A stretch of 30,136 nucleotides of DNA from Candidatus Parcubacteria bacterium (GCA_039795755.1 JBDKLF010000054.1:1-30136), one strand, 5' to 3'; positions 8,495 to 17,158 are shown, counted from the first letter of the stretch. The notes: a model not told the origin generated them from the sequence alone. Numbers and translations are program-made.

Positions 8495-11400
8495 ATGTCA
8501 GAAAAGCAGCAATCTACCATAGAGCAGTTAAAAGCGCATCAGCAAATCAAAACGCCTGAGCAGCTTGCTGCAAAGAAAAAGGAAATGGTAGTGGCTATTC
8601 AGAATGCTACAAGCCCTGAGATTCAAAGAGATGCGGTAAAGCGAGTTTCATGCTATTCGATAGATGATGCGATTGAAATAGTTGAAGCCTTAAAACTTAA
8701 GGACGCTCTAGGTTTCCTTAAAGGGGAAAGTGAATATGTTATGCATCGACACCAGCATTTTTTTAGTGCACTTAGCGATCGAATGGAGTGGTTAGCCAAT
8801 TCATGTTCTGATCCTGATGTGTCTGAAAAAATGGAAAGACAAGCTATTGCTCTTCGTCCGTATTCACAGCTTGGGGACCGCATTCAAGTTGATATTGAGC
8901 CTGAAGTACAGAAAGCAATTGATGAGTATTACTCTGTACTCATATCGCAAAGACCAGGAATCAAGTCACCTAAAACAGAAGACAACAATCATGACTACAG
9001 CAAGGCAGAGCAACAGGCAGTAGATTTCATGCAAACAGCATATGAAACTATTGAGCCACACATGCACGCTTCGGCACTTACAAGATTTTTGAAAAGTCTT
9101 GTTGTAGAAGATACAGATCAGGACCCACGAGAGGTGGATCCTTGGAAAGACAAAAATGTTGAGTTTATAAGTAAAGTATATATAAGCAGAGGATTATTTA
9201 ATCCTTATGGAGCAAAAGTCCCCATTGATATAGCAAAAAATATTGTGCAGTTTGTTCTGCCGCACAAGCAGAATCTCAAACGGTCTAATGAGGAAATTAT
9301 GAATGAGTGGGAAGCTGTTGAGAAGAAGTATCGATATAAGCCACTTGATGCTGTTTATAATGTTCGTCGAACAAAAGTTGAAAAAGATCTCAAAGATCAA
9401 CTGAAGGAAACGCTCGCACGAGAAGGGTATGAAGCAGAGGTGTTTCTTGATCCAGAGAAAAAGGCATACAAAGTAAAACTCAAAGCTGCTCCTGGTGAAT
9501 CAAATGAACAACTTGCAGTGAATTGGCAAGAGCTTAGTAAAATAGAAGAATGGGTGGCATTTAAACCAGGTACTGCTGTGGAGTACAAGACAGAAGGCCC
9601 TCAAGGTGAGGTTATTATGTATAGTTACAAGGATAAGAAGAAAGGTACGGTTCAAGCAATTGCGTCAAAAAAAATCAATGAGGATTTCCCGGAAGAGCCT
9701 ATTATGGCCTTTGACCTCGAAAATAATAAATTTTATTCAAAGGTTGCTGGTGATCAGGAGGTTACAGTAAGAGAACTAACTGGTAATGATTCTGTAATAG
9801 AAAAAGTTTTTAGTATTAAAGGAAACGAGACGATAAAAGAAATGTCCGTAGTAAAAGGAAAATTGTTATGTCTCGTTGGGGTAAAAGGTGGTGGTGAACT
9901 GTTGTATGTTGATGGTAAAACTGCAGATTACTCAGTAGGTCAAGAGAGAATACTTCTCGATAAGAAATTCGATGTAAATAGTCAATTGGTATATGGTCTA
10001 CAGTTTGCAAAGAATTTACAGATGCTCAAAATAAATGGTGTTACGTCTAACCAGCAACAGTTCGATGTTTCTCCAAAGGGGATTGTCGACATTGTTCCAG
10101 TTGGAGATGATGATTTTCTTGCGGTAGGGTACTTAAACAAGAAACCTATCGCTTATACAAAAGACAACCAGTATGACCTTACTTCGATGCAGCAAAGTGA
10201 TAGTAGTAATGGCATCAGATCAGTGTCAGTTTCAGAAGATGGATTTACGGTAATTGCTGATTATTCTGATGGTGAGTACGTTCCGTTTGATAAAAAGAAA
10301 AAACATGAAGTAAAACGTAATTTAGTGGATAAAAAGGATTTTGGTGAGATTTCGCTCACTGCGTCAAATAATGGAGGTGAAACAGTTCTTGGATTTTCTA
10401 TAGATAAAGGACCTTCAAGTGAATTTACTTTTCCAAATAAAAGTCATTTATATGATTCTGTAAAGATGGTAAATGGTACCCCTTTACTCACGGTAAAGTT
10501 AAAAAACGTTGGTGCGTACGCGATTGTACCACTTTATGAATTTAGACAGGGTGGTAAATATGAAATAAAAATCGAAAGTCCGCGTGCCATCTTTTCATCA
10601 TCTTACCCACAGGTGCTTGATCAGCAAGACAGAGTTGTTGTGGTAATTGAAGAACATGGAGTGCTTCGTACCCATGAATGGAAAAAAGAAGCTAAAGAAA
10701 AAGTAGTTGAAGGTGACGAAGAGGTTGTATTGGATGTAAGTGAACTTTCAAGGATACTAGATCAAAGATCACTTCGCCCAATAGATATGCTCAATGCGAT
10801 AGAACGTGCAGAGGTGGATGAAATGAAAGAATTTGGAAAGGAATATCGAACTGCAACAAAAGAATCAAAAGATCATTCAAGTGTTCTTGCTCAGTCAAAG
10901 GCATTTATTTTTTCTTTGAATCGAATGCTTAAATCTGATCCACAATTATTTCTTGATTCGGTGGTAGCAAAAACTGACAGAACAGATAATCCGTATCTCG
11001 ATAGTATTATTCGTAAGCTTGTACCTGAATACAAAGCAGAAGAAAAAGCAAAAGAAAACGGTCTGATTAAGTATGCTCGCCTGTTAATTGGAGCACTTGG
11101 ACTATACAGACCATCTCCAAAAGATTATTTCGGCGTACTCCATAAAAGAGACATGTTGGGTGGTGATCCATCAGAAGGGAACAAAGAGAGGTTGTTTTCG
11201 GTACAAGGAGATGAGACGGGGGGAATATATCTTACCTCAACATATTTTGGTTTTGATAATAAGTCGGGAATGTTTAGCCAGCTTGCTGTTCCTATAGATA
11301 ATACACCAACTGGCCCAACAACAGAGTTGACCGGTGAAATACTTCTTGGTTCACATATAGGAAGCACTACACTGCTCCCACAGCGAATGGGTGCGGCAAT

Positions 11401-12655
11401 TATTCCTGAACGTGTAAAGATTGTATATAAAGATGGTAGAGAAGAAAGAATTCCAGTTGAACAGAGCGAAGATGGTCAGTATTTTGTACGGATTAATTAC
11501 GATAAGAAAATGAAATCACTTGTATGGAGTCAGGAGGTTCCCGATGCTCCATATGTACCTTCTAATATTTCTGAAGATGAGTATGCAAAAACTGTCAAAA
11601 AAATACTCCCAACAGAAAAAGAGAATCAAGAAAAATTCAAACGTTTACTTGAGGATCCGATAGTGGCACTTCCTGCTGAAGAAATGTTTTTTGTTCAAAG
11701 TATCAAGGATATGTCTCCAAAAGAAAAGTTATATGCCATTGAAGCTTATGTTCACTCTGTGTGTTATTACGATTGGGATAATGGTGAGGTGAAAGATAAG
11801 AAAGAGGGACTCACACCACAAGAGCAGCTTTCGTTCATGCAAGTAAGGTGCAAAGAATTGGCAGAAAAGAATAAGACACTCGCCGTAAGTAATAAACGCT
11901 ATGCAGGAGTATGTGCTGACTTTGGAGTACTCACTACTGCACTAATGAGAAGTGCTAGTCTTGTGGCTGGTGTTGGTACCGGTGCAGTCGTCCGTGATGG
12001 GGTTGCCACAGTGGCTCAAGCACATGCCGTTTCTGTAACACCTTGGCCAGAGGGTTCAAGTTTCAAACTTACGTATATTGATGGAACACCAACTATTGGT
12101 CTTACTGAAGAAGAAACCAAGAAGCTTGCTGCAATACGATTTCCAACTCTAAGAGAACGTGAAAAGATGATTGAACAGGTTGAAGAGAAATATAAAGTAG
12201 ATTCTGAACGAATGATAAAAGAATTAGAAGAGAGGCTTGAAGCAGGAGAAGACTTTGCGATTGAAGAGCTACAGAATGGAGAACTTGAAAAGATGCTCAA
12301 TGTAGTGCTCAAGTATGAAATTGAGCCACAACATACACAGGTGATTGAAGGGCTTCTTAACGCGGTGCGATACAGTGGTTTACCTGTATTTTCTGAAGAA
12401 ATTGACAATCAGATTGTTGTCAAAAGATTCCTTGAAGCTGAGATCAAACGTGAGCGAAGTACAAGTATTCAAGTGTCTCCAAGTACTGATTCAGGAACAC
12501 ATCTCTTTGATATTTCAAGAGAATATGTGAGTCAGGATGGTATTAATAATCTTAGTAAAGTGATTAAGCTGGTAGAACCACACTTGCAAAAGACAGAACG
12601 CCGAGCACTCATGCTTCTGGTTAAATATCTCAAAGCTGAAAAGATGAAGCGATAG
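8495..12655 (+). CDS. Large multidomain protein with a C-terminal transglutaminase-like (Cys-His-Asp) domain
   Basis: YAGVC(1140)ADF...AH(1177)AV...ID(1196)GTP follows the transglutaminase-like order; beta-rich central part; no obvious signal peptide. Confidence 0.8.
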   Translation: MSEKQQSTIEQLKAHQQIKTPEQLAAKKKEMVVAIQNATSPEIQRDAVKRVSCYSIDDAIEIVEALKLKDALGFLKGESEYVMHRHQHFFSALSDRMEWLANSCSDPDVSEKMERQAIALRPYSQLGDRIQVDIEPEVQKAIDEYYSVLISQRPGIKSPKTEDNNHDYSKAEQQAVDFMQTAYETIEPHMHASALTRFLKSLVVEDTDQDPREVDPWKDKNVEFISKVYISRGLFNPYGAKVPIDIAKNIVQFVLPHKQNLKRSNEEIMNEWEAVEKKYRYKPLDAVYNVRRTKVEKDLKDQLKETLAREGYEAEVFLDPEKKAYKVKLKAAPGESNEQLAVNWQELSKIEEWVAFKPGTAVEYKTEGPQGEVIMYSYKDKKKGTVQAIASKKINEDFPEEPIMAFDLENNKFYSKVAGDQEVTVRELTGNDSVIEKVFSIKGNETIKEMSVVKGKLLCLVGVKGGGELLYVDGKTADYSVGQERILLDKKFDVNSQLVYGLQFAKNLQMLKINGVTSNQQQFDVSPKGIVDIVPVGDDDFLAVGYLNKKPIAYTKDNQYDLTSMQQSDSSNGIRSVSVSEDGFTVIADYSDGEYVPFDKKKKHEVKRNLVDKKDFGEISLTASNNGGETVLGFSIDKGPSSEFTFPNKSHLYDSVKMVNGTPLLTVKLKNVGAYAIVPLYEFRQGGKYEIKIESPRAIFSSSYPQVLDQQDRVVVVIEEHGVLRTHEWKKEAKEKVVEGDEEVVLDVSELSRILDQRSLRPIDMLNAIERAEVDEMKEFGKEYRTATKESKDHSSVLAQSKAFIFSLNRMLKSDPQLFLDSVVAKTDRTDNPYLDSIIRKLVPEYKAEEKAKENGLIKYARLLIGALGLYRPSPKDYFGVLHKRDMLGGDPSEGNKERLFSVQGDETGGIYLTSTYFGFDNKSGMFSQLAVPIDNTPTGPTTELTGEILLGSHIGSTTLLPQRMGAAIIPERVKIVYKDGREERIPVEQSEDGQYFVRINYDKKMKSLVWSQEVPDAPYVPSNISEDEYAKTVKKILPTEKENQEKFKRLLEDPIVALPAEEMFFVQSIKDMSPKEKLYAIEAYVHSVCYYDWDNGEVKDKKEGLTPQEQLSFMQVRCKELAEKNKTLAVSNKRYAGVCADFGVLTTALMRSASLVAGVGTGAVVRDGVATVAQAHAVSVTPWPEGSSFKLTYIDGTPTIGLTEEETKKLAAIRFPTLREREKMIEQVEEKYKVDSERMIKELEERLEAGEDFAIEELQNGELEKMLNVVLKYEIEPQHTQVIEGLLNAVRYSGLPVFSEEIDNQIVVKRFLEAEIKRERSTSIQVSPSTDSGTHLFDISREYVSQDGINNLSKVIKLVEPHLQKTERRALMLLVKYLKAEKMKR

Positions 12656-12661
12656 GGTAAG

Positions 12662-12690
12662 TTGACCAATTAGATGCTTTCTGTTAGTAT
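12662..12690 (+). promoter_or_regulatory. Sigma70 promoter of rpsP
   Basis: TTGACC-17-TAGTAT with a TG extension, 7 nt before the ATG at 12698. Confidence 0.7.
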
Positions 12691-12697
12691 TGCTTTC

Positions 12698-13000
12698 ATG
12701 TTAAAAATTCGATTACAGAGAGTAGGACGCAAGCATATCCCGACTTTTCGGGTTGTTTTGACTGACTCAAAAAACGCAGCAAAGAGTGGTAGATTCCAGG
12801 AAATTCTTGGTTCACATGATCCACGAAATGAAAAGGATACAAAGATTAACGGAGCTCGAATTAAGGAACTTGTTTCTAAAGGTGCTCAGGTAAGTGAGAC
12901 AGTGCACAACCTCCTTGTGTCACACAAGATTATTGATGGAAAGAAAATCAACGTTCTTCCAAAGAAGACTCCTCAGAAGAAAGAACTAGCAGCTGCATAA
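12698..13000 (+). CDS. rpsP: 30S ribosomal protein S16
   Basis: MLKIRLQRVGRKHIPTFRVVLTDSKN...GRFQEILGSHDP...GAQVSETVHNLL. True start is the second Met of the track ORF. Confidence 0.97.
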   Translation: MLKIRLQRVGRKHIPTFRVVLTDSKNAAKSGRFQEILGSHDPRNEKDTKINGARIKELVSKGAQVSETVHNLLVSHKIIDGKKINVLPKKTPQKKELAAA

Positions 13001-13005
13001 GCTTG

Positions 13006-13033
13006 TTGCACTGGAGAGGGTGGGTGATATAAT
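13006..13033 (+). promoter_or_regulatory. Promoter of the KH-domain gene
   Basis: TTGCAC-16-TATAAT with a TG extension. Confidence 0.6.
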
Positions 13034-13062
13034 TATACTGAATTAAAAGATAAGATAATACG

Positions 13063-13371
13063 ATGAACGAGAAAGACGCACAGTTTCTAGATTTCCTTAT
13101 TAAATCATTAGTTGATAAGCCAGAAGCAGTAAAGATTAATCGAACTGTTGATGAAATGGGAGTTCTCATGACTCTTGCGGTAGATCCTACTGATATGGGT
13201 AAGATCATTGGACGACAGGGTAATACTGCAAAGGCAATCCGAACACTCCTCCGAGTAGTAGGAATGAAGAACAATGCCCGAGTGAACCTCAAGATCAACG
13301 AACCAGAAGGTGGACGAAAGGAATCAGGTGCCAAGTCAGTTGACGAAGCTATCGGAGACCTCGACCTCTAA
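13063..13371 (+). CDS. khpA: KH-domain RNA-binding protein (KhpA/YlqC family)
   Basis: KSLVDKPEAV...DMGKIIGRQGNTAKAIRTLL (GxxG KH loop), directly downstream of rpsP. Confidence 0.9.
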   Translation: MNEKDAQFLDFLIKSLVDKPEAVKINRTVDEMGVLMTLAVDPTDMGKIIGRQGNTAKAIRTLLRVVGMKNNARVNLKINEPEGGRKESGAKSVDEAIGDLDL

Positions 13372-13384
13372 TATTTCTAAAATA

Positions 13385-13424
13385 CAAAACAAAAACCTCA
13401 TAGCAATATGAGGTTTTTGTTTTG
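13385..13424 (+). terminator. Intrinsic terminator after khpA (symmetric, possibly bidirectional)
   Basis: Perfect 18-bp inverted repeat CAAAACAAAAACCTCATA / TATGAGGTTTTTGTTTTG with a GCAA tetraloop. Confidence 0.85.
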
Positions 13425-13450
13425 ACAAAATTCTTTCTCTTTTGTAAGCT
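13422..13450 (+). promoter_or_regulatory. Sigma70 promoter of the 32-aa ORF
   Basis: TTGACA-17-TAAGCT; the -35 overlaps the terminator tail. Confidence 0.65.
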
Positions 13451-13489
13451 TATTTTCGGCATAGACAACAAACAACCAGCACATCACCC

Positions 13490-13588
13490 ATGGCTAAAAC
13501 CATAATTAAAAAAGGTCAAAAATTGGCAGGCGGTCGTCAGTATAACGGGGACAAAATGATTCCCAAAGGTAAAAAGAAAAAGCCTTAG
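13490..13588 (+). CDS. Putative 32-aa Lys-rich small protein
   Basis: MAKTIIKKGQKLAGGRQYNGDKMIPKGKKKKP*, flanked by its own promoter and a terminator-like hairpin; below the track cutoff. Confidence 0.6.
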   Translation: MAKTIIKKGQKLAGGRQYNGDKMIPKGKKKKP

Positions 13589-13595
13589 CAAAATT

Positions 13596-13626
13596 GGGAC
13601 AGTTTAACTGGCCTTTTTATTTTTTT
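13596..13626 (+). terminator. Putative terminator after the 32-aa ORF
   Basis: GGACAGT-TTA-ACTGGCC (one mismatch) followed by TTTTTATTTTTTT. Confidence 0.5.
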
Positions 13627-13635
13627 AAACACTGT

Positions 13636-13664
13636 TTGATTTGTACATATAAATATGGTATAGT
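13636..13664 (+). promoter_or_regulatory. Promoter of trmD
   Basis: TTGATT-17-TATAGT with a TG extension, 8 nt before the ATG. Confidence 0.65.
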
Positions 13665-13672
13665 TTGTAGTA

Positions 13673-14359
13673 ATGAATTTTCATATCGTCACACTCTTTC
13701 CTGAAAGTATGAGCTCGTATCTAAGCGAGTCTATTCTTGCACGTGCACAAGAGAAGAAATTGATTTCAGTTAAGTTCTACAATCCACGTGATTATGTAAA
13801 ACCTACCAAAGCTCAGAAAGGCAAAGATAAGCCATATCTGAGAGTCGATGATAAGCCCTACGGTGGTGGTCCAGGAATGATTATGGAAGCATTACCAATT
13901 CTTAAAGCGCTTGAAGCAATTAAGAAAAAAATAAAAAAAGGAAAGATTAAGATAATTCACCTCTCACCAAGTGGAGAAAAGTTCACTACTGAATATGCAA
14001 AAAATGCGGTAAAGAAATTCCAGCACGTGATTATTATTTGTGGACGATATGAAGGCATTGATGCTCGAGTCAAAAAGATTTTCAAAGGTGATGAATTATC
14101 TGTTGGTGACTATGTGCTCACTGGTGGTGAATTGCCAGCAATGATTATGATTGATTGTATGTCACGTCAGGTGAAGGGGGTGCTCGGTGACTTCAACTCT
14201 CTCGAAGAAACACGTGCTGCATCGGCGGATGTCTACACTCGTCCAGAGGTGTTGAACTACAAGAACAAGAAACACAAAGTTCCAGAAGTATTACTCTCAG
14301 GAAATCATAAGCTCATTGAAGAATGGAGAAAGCAGCAAAGCGAATCGCAACAGGTATAA
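13673..14359 (+). CDS. trmD: tRNA (guanine-N1)-methyltransferase TrmD
   Basis: IVTLFPE, VDDKPYGGGPGM, ICGRYEGIDAR, SVGDYVLTGGELPAM, VPEVLLSGNH. Confidence 0.97.
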   Translation: MNFHIVTLFPESMSSYLSESILARAQEKKLISVKFYNPRDYVKPTKAQKGKDKPYLRVDDKPYGGGPGMIMEALPILKALEAIKKKIKKGKIKIIHLSPSGEKFTTEYAKNAVKKFQHVIIICGRYEGIDARVKKIFKGDELSVGDYVLTGGELPAMIMIDCMSRQVKGVLGDFNSLEETRAASADVYTRPEVLNYKNKKHKVPEVLLSGNHKLIEEWRKQQSESQQV

Positions 14360-14365
14360 TTCTTG

Positions 14366-14374
14366 TGATAGAAT
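14366..14374 (+). promoter_or_regulatory. Extended -10 promoter of the EamA gene
   Basis: TGaTAGAAT, 6 nt before the ATG at 14381. Confidence 0.55.
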
Positions 14375-14380
14375 AATCGC

Positions 14381-14797
14381 ATGCCTTGGTATGTATATGG
14401 AATTCTCTCTGCGTTTTTTGCAGGACTAGTAGCGGTCTTTGGTAAGCTTGGCCTCAAGAATGTTGATTCAACATTGGCGACTTCAGTACGTGCAGTGATT
14501 ATGGCAGTATTTCTCGTCATTGTTGCAACAAGTCTCGGTAAGTGGCAGCAGATTGGAACAATCTCTGGGAAGGCTTTGTATTTTATTATTCTCTCGGGTG
14601 TTGCAGGTGCACTGTCATGGCTATTTTATTTTTATGCATTGAAGCAAGGAAATGTTGCAGGTGTTGCGGTGGTTGATCGAATGAGTATTATCTTTGCGGT
14701 ACTATTTGCCGCATTATTTCTCGGTGAAGCAATTACCCTCAAATCAGGAATTGCATTAGTGCTCGTGCTTGCAGGCGCTGTCTTGATGATTATATAA
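14381..14797 (+). CDS. EamA/DMT-family membrane protein (single repeat)
   Basis: Multi-TM protein with KLGLKNVDSTLATSVR, SWLFYFYALK, VVDRMS, LFLGE motifs. Confidence 0.88.
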   Translation: MPWYVYGILSAFFAGLVAVFGKLGLKNVDSTLATSVRAVIMAVFLVIVATSLGKWQQIGTISGKALYFIILSGVAGALSWLFYFYALKQGNVAGVAVVDRMSIIFAVLFAALFLGEAITLKSGIALVLVLAGAVLMII

Positions 14798-14829
14798 AAA
14801 GTCATATCAGATCCAGTTAGGATGATGAC

Positions 14830-15240
14830 TTAGGAAATCCCTAGTGCCTTGTGAATAACATCGACAAGACCTATAGGTGATCTCCAGTCGGTGTATTGGT
14901 GAGTGTGACTACACCCAGCCTCACTTGCCTTTCTGAGAGCTTCATCGTTTGTGCAAGTGGCAATCATTGGAACTTGGTCAATGATATTTTTCTGCCCAAT
15001 GGCTCGTATCAGATCGACACCCTCAGGGGTGCTTTGCATGGTGAGGAATGCACTTACAACCACTGCACCGAGCTTTCCAGTTTGCTTAAGTTTCTGGAAT
15101 TCTGTGACAGCAGCCGTGAAGTCTTCTGGACCACGACAATGCATTTCCTTTACACAGAAGGTTTTTTTATTGTTCCTTTCGCGAAGATAGTCGCCAATAA
15201 TGGTGTTCGCTGCAAATACGAGGATAGTAGATTTTGCCAT
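14830..15240 (-). CDS. Hypothetical protein; degenerate receiver (CheY-like) domain
   Basis: ILV...AVVVSAF...EGVDLIRAI...VPMIAT...ASEAGC spacing matches the receiver fold, but the acidic residues are missing. Confidence 0.6.
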   Translation of the reverse strand: MAKSTILVFAANTIIGDYLRERNNKKTFCVKEMHCRGPEDFTAAVTEFQKLKQTGKLGAVVVSAFLTMQSTPEGVDLIRAIGQKNIIDQVPMIATCTNDEALRKASEAGCSHTHQYTDWRSPIGLVDVIHKALGIS

Positions 15241-15275
15241 ATAAATGATCGTTTGTTACACATTACTCCAATCTT

Positions 15276-15284
15276 TGCTAAAAT
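15276..15284 (+). promoter_or_regulatory. Extended -10 promoter upstream of the SDR gene
   Basis: TGcTAAAAT; the next ATG (15291) is 6 nt downstream and opens an 11-codon ORF. Confidence 0.45.
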
Positions 15285-15337
15285 CAATGTATGCAGGCAT
15301 TACCCCATAACAACAGCGCGTTCTGAGTACTCATTCT

Positions 15338-15997
15338 ATGAAAGATAAAGTTATTGTAATAACAGGTGCAAATGGTGGACTCGGGAGTGTGCTAACCGAA
15401 ATGCTTACTTCGAAAGGTGCGATTGTTGTAGGTCTCAATAAAAACGAAGTTGATATTACCAAAGAACAGGAGGTTGAGTTGTTCGCACAAAAAGTGTTGC
15501 AAACATACGGGCATGTAGATATATGGATCAACAATGCTGGAGTATGGCTTCCGCCAGAACGAATAGTTGAGGTAGATATGAAGAAAGTAAGAGAACTTTT
15601 TGAAGTGAATGTCTTTGGAACGATACATGGTACTCGATCATCTGCACGTCTTATGGCGAATGCAGGTGGTACTATTGTAAATATTATTTCTACTACAGCA
15701 TTCGATGGAATGAATGGTTCGAGTGGATCGTTCTATGTGGCATCAAAGTACGCATTAAGAGGTTTTACAAATGTACTTCGAGAGGAGCTAAAGTCAGATG
15801 GTATCAAAGTAATCGGAGTATATCCTGGCGGATTCAAGACTGAGCTATTCAAAGAAAAAGTTCCTGCAAATTTCGATCAATTTATGACTGCTGAGTATGT
15901 TGCTCAGTGTATTGTTTCAAATTTAGAAAATGAAGATTCAAAGCAAGAATTAATCATTCCTCGTCCAGGACAAACATTGCCAGATCGTATGGTATAA
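15338..15997 (+). CDS. Short-chain dehydrogenase/reductase (SDR)
   Basis: ITGANGGLG (TGxxxGxG), NNAG, YVASK (YxxxK), PGGFKTEL. Confidence 0.93.
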   Translation: MKDKVIVITGANGGLGSVLTEMLTSKGAIVVGLNKNEVDITKEQEVELFAQKVLQTYGHVDIWINNAGVWLPPERIVEVDMKKVRELFEVNVFGTIHGTRSSARLMANAGGTIVNIISTTAFDGMNGSSGSFYVASKYALRGFTNVLREELKSDGIKVIGVYPGGFKTELFKEKVPANFDQFMTAEYVAQCIVSNLENEDSKQELIIPRPGQTLPDRMV

Positions 15998-16008
15998 ATA
16001 AACCTAAT

Positions 16009-16848
16009 ATGAAAAACTTACCCGACAAATATTCAGCAGTATGGGTATCCCATTCATCAATGGGGGATTTTTTGAAATGTCGGCGTCTGTATTACTTACA
16101 TAATATGTATAAGAATCCCAAGACAGGGAAGAAGCTTTCAATTGTCTCTCCACATATGTCACTTGGAGTTGCGGTACATGAAGTATTGGAAGGTCTTGGA
16201 CAATACAAGGCAGAAGATCGTATGAAGCGAGATTTGCTCGCTGATTATGAGAAGGCGTGGTCAAAGGTCACCGGAAGAATCGGGGGATTCAAAACTCCTG
16301 AGGAGGAAGCTGAGTTCAAAGCTCGTGGAAAGCGTATGATTGAGAATGTAATCAAGGATCCTCGGATGCTTCCGAACAAGATTGTGAAGCTTCCAAAAGA
16401 AAAGATGAATCCAAATTTCTATATTGATATTGAGCAAAATATTATTCTCAACGGTCTTGTCGATTGGATTGAGTATCTTCCAGAAACAGATTCGATACAT
16501 ATTGTAGATTTCAAAACAGGGAAGAACGAGGAACAAGAAGCTTCACTACAATTGCCTATTTACCTATTGCTTTGTAATGCATTACAAAAAAGAAAAGTAA
16601 GCAAAGCAACCTATTGGTATCTTGAATCAGATAAGTTGGTGGAGAAAGAACTCCCTGATGCTGATAAGGCAAAAGTGGACGTACTTGAAGTCGCTCGAAA
16701 AGTAAAAGCCTTCCGAACTGGTGGTGATTTCACTTGTGCAAATGGTCCCGCTGGCTGCTTCCATTGTGAGCAGTATGAAAAGATTCTCCGTGGAGAAGCA
16801 GAATTCGTTGGTGTCGGGAACTTTGGTCAGGAGTTGTATTTATTGTAG
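16009..16848 (+). CDS. PD-(D/E)XK nuclease, AddB/Cas4-like with a four-Cys cluster
   Basis: SHSSMGDFLKC(24)RRLYY, GVAVHEVLE, LNGLVDWI...IVDFKTG, QLPIY, C-terminal CANGPAGCFHC. Confidence 0.88.
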   Translation: MKNLPDKYSAVWVSHSSMGDFLKCRRLYYLHNMYKNPKTGKKLSIVSPHMSLGVAVHEVLEGLGQYKAEDRMKRDLLADYEKAWSKVTGRIGGFKTPEEEAEFKARGKRMIENVIKDPRMLPNKIVKLPKEKMNPNFYIDIEQNIILNGLVDWIEYLPETDSIHIVDFKTGKNEEQEASLQLPIYLLLCNALQKRKVSKATYWYLESDKLVEKELPDADKAKVDVLEVARKVKAFRTGGDFTCANGPAGCFHCEQYEKILRGEAEFVGVGNFGQELYLL

Positions 16849-16867
16849 GACTAACGCTTAAGTATAT

Positions 16868-17146
16868 TTAAAAAAAGATTCTCATCATTAGGTATCCTAA
16901 GGCAACCATTATAATGATCAATCCAATCACAAGAAATACTCTGCGAACAGTAGAATAAGGTGTGGCTGAATTTGAAAAAGCTCCCACAATCAATAGGACC
17001 GCAAGAATAAAAAGGGTTGATGAAAACAAATTTGTGAGTGTTTTGTTACCACCACCTAGAGCTTGAGCGAAAAGCAGATACATTGATAAGAAGATGAGTA
17101 TTGTTCCGAGTACCATCGACACTACATGTGAAAGAAATTGTCGCAT
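16868..17146 (-). CDS. Hypothetical membrane protein (3 TM)
   Basis: Three hydrophobic segments. ATG at 17146 preferred because the track's GTG start runs through a TATAAT box (17153-17158). Confidence 0.7.
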   Translation of the reverse strand: MRQFLSHVVSMVLGTILIFLSMYLLFAQALGGGNKTLTNLFSSTLFILAVLLIVGAFSNSATPYSTVRRVFLVIGLIIIMVALGYLMMRIFF

Positions 17147-17152
17147 AATCAA

Positions 17153-17158
17153 ATTATA
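17153..17158 (-). promoter_or_regulatory. -10 box of the 3-TM gene
   Basis: TATAAT, 6 nt before the ATG at 17146. Confidence 0.5.

Noticed and set aside
13385-13424. 18-bp perfect inverted repeat as a MITE or REP element
   Set aside because: Single copy in the window, directly after a stop codon, with A/T tails; a terminator explains it.
16009-16848. Cas4 or a CRISPR system
   Set aside because: No repeat-spacer array and no cas1/cas2 in the window; the motifs fit the wider AddB-like PD-(D/E)XK family.
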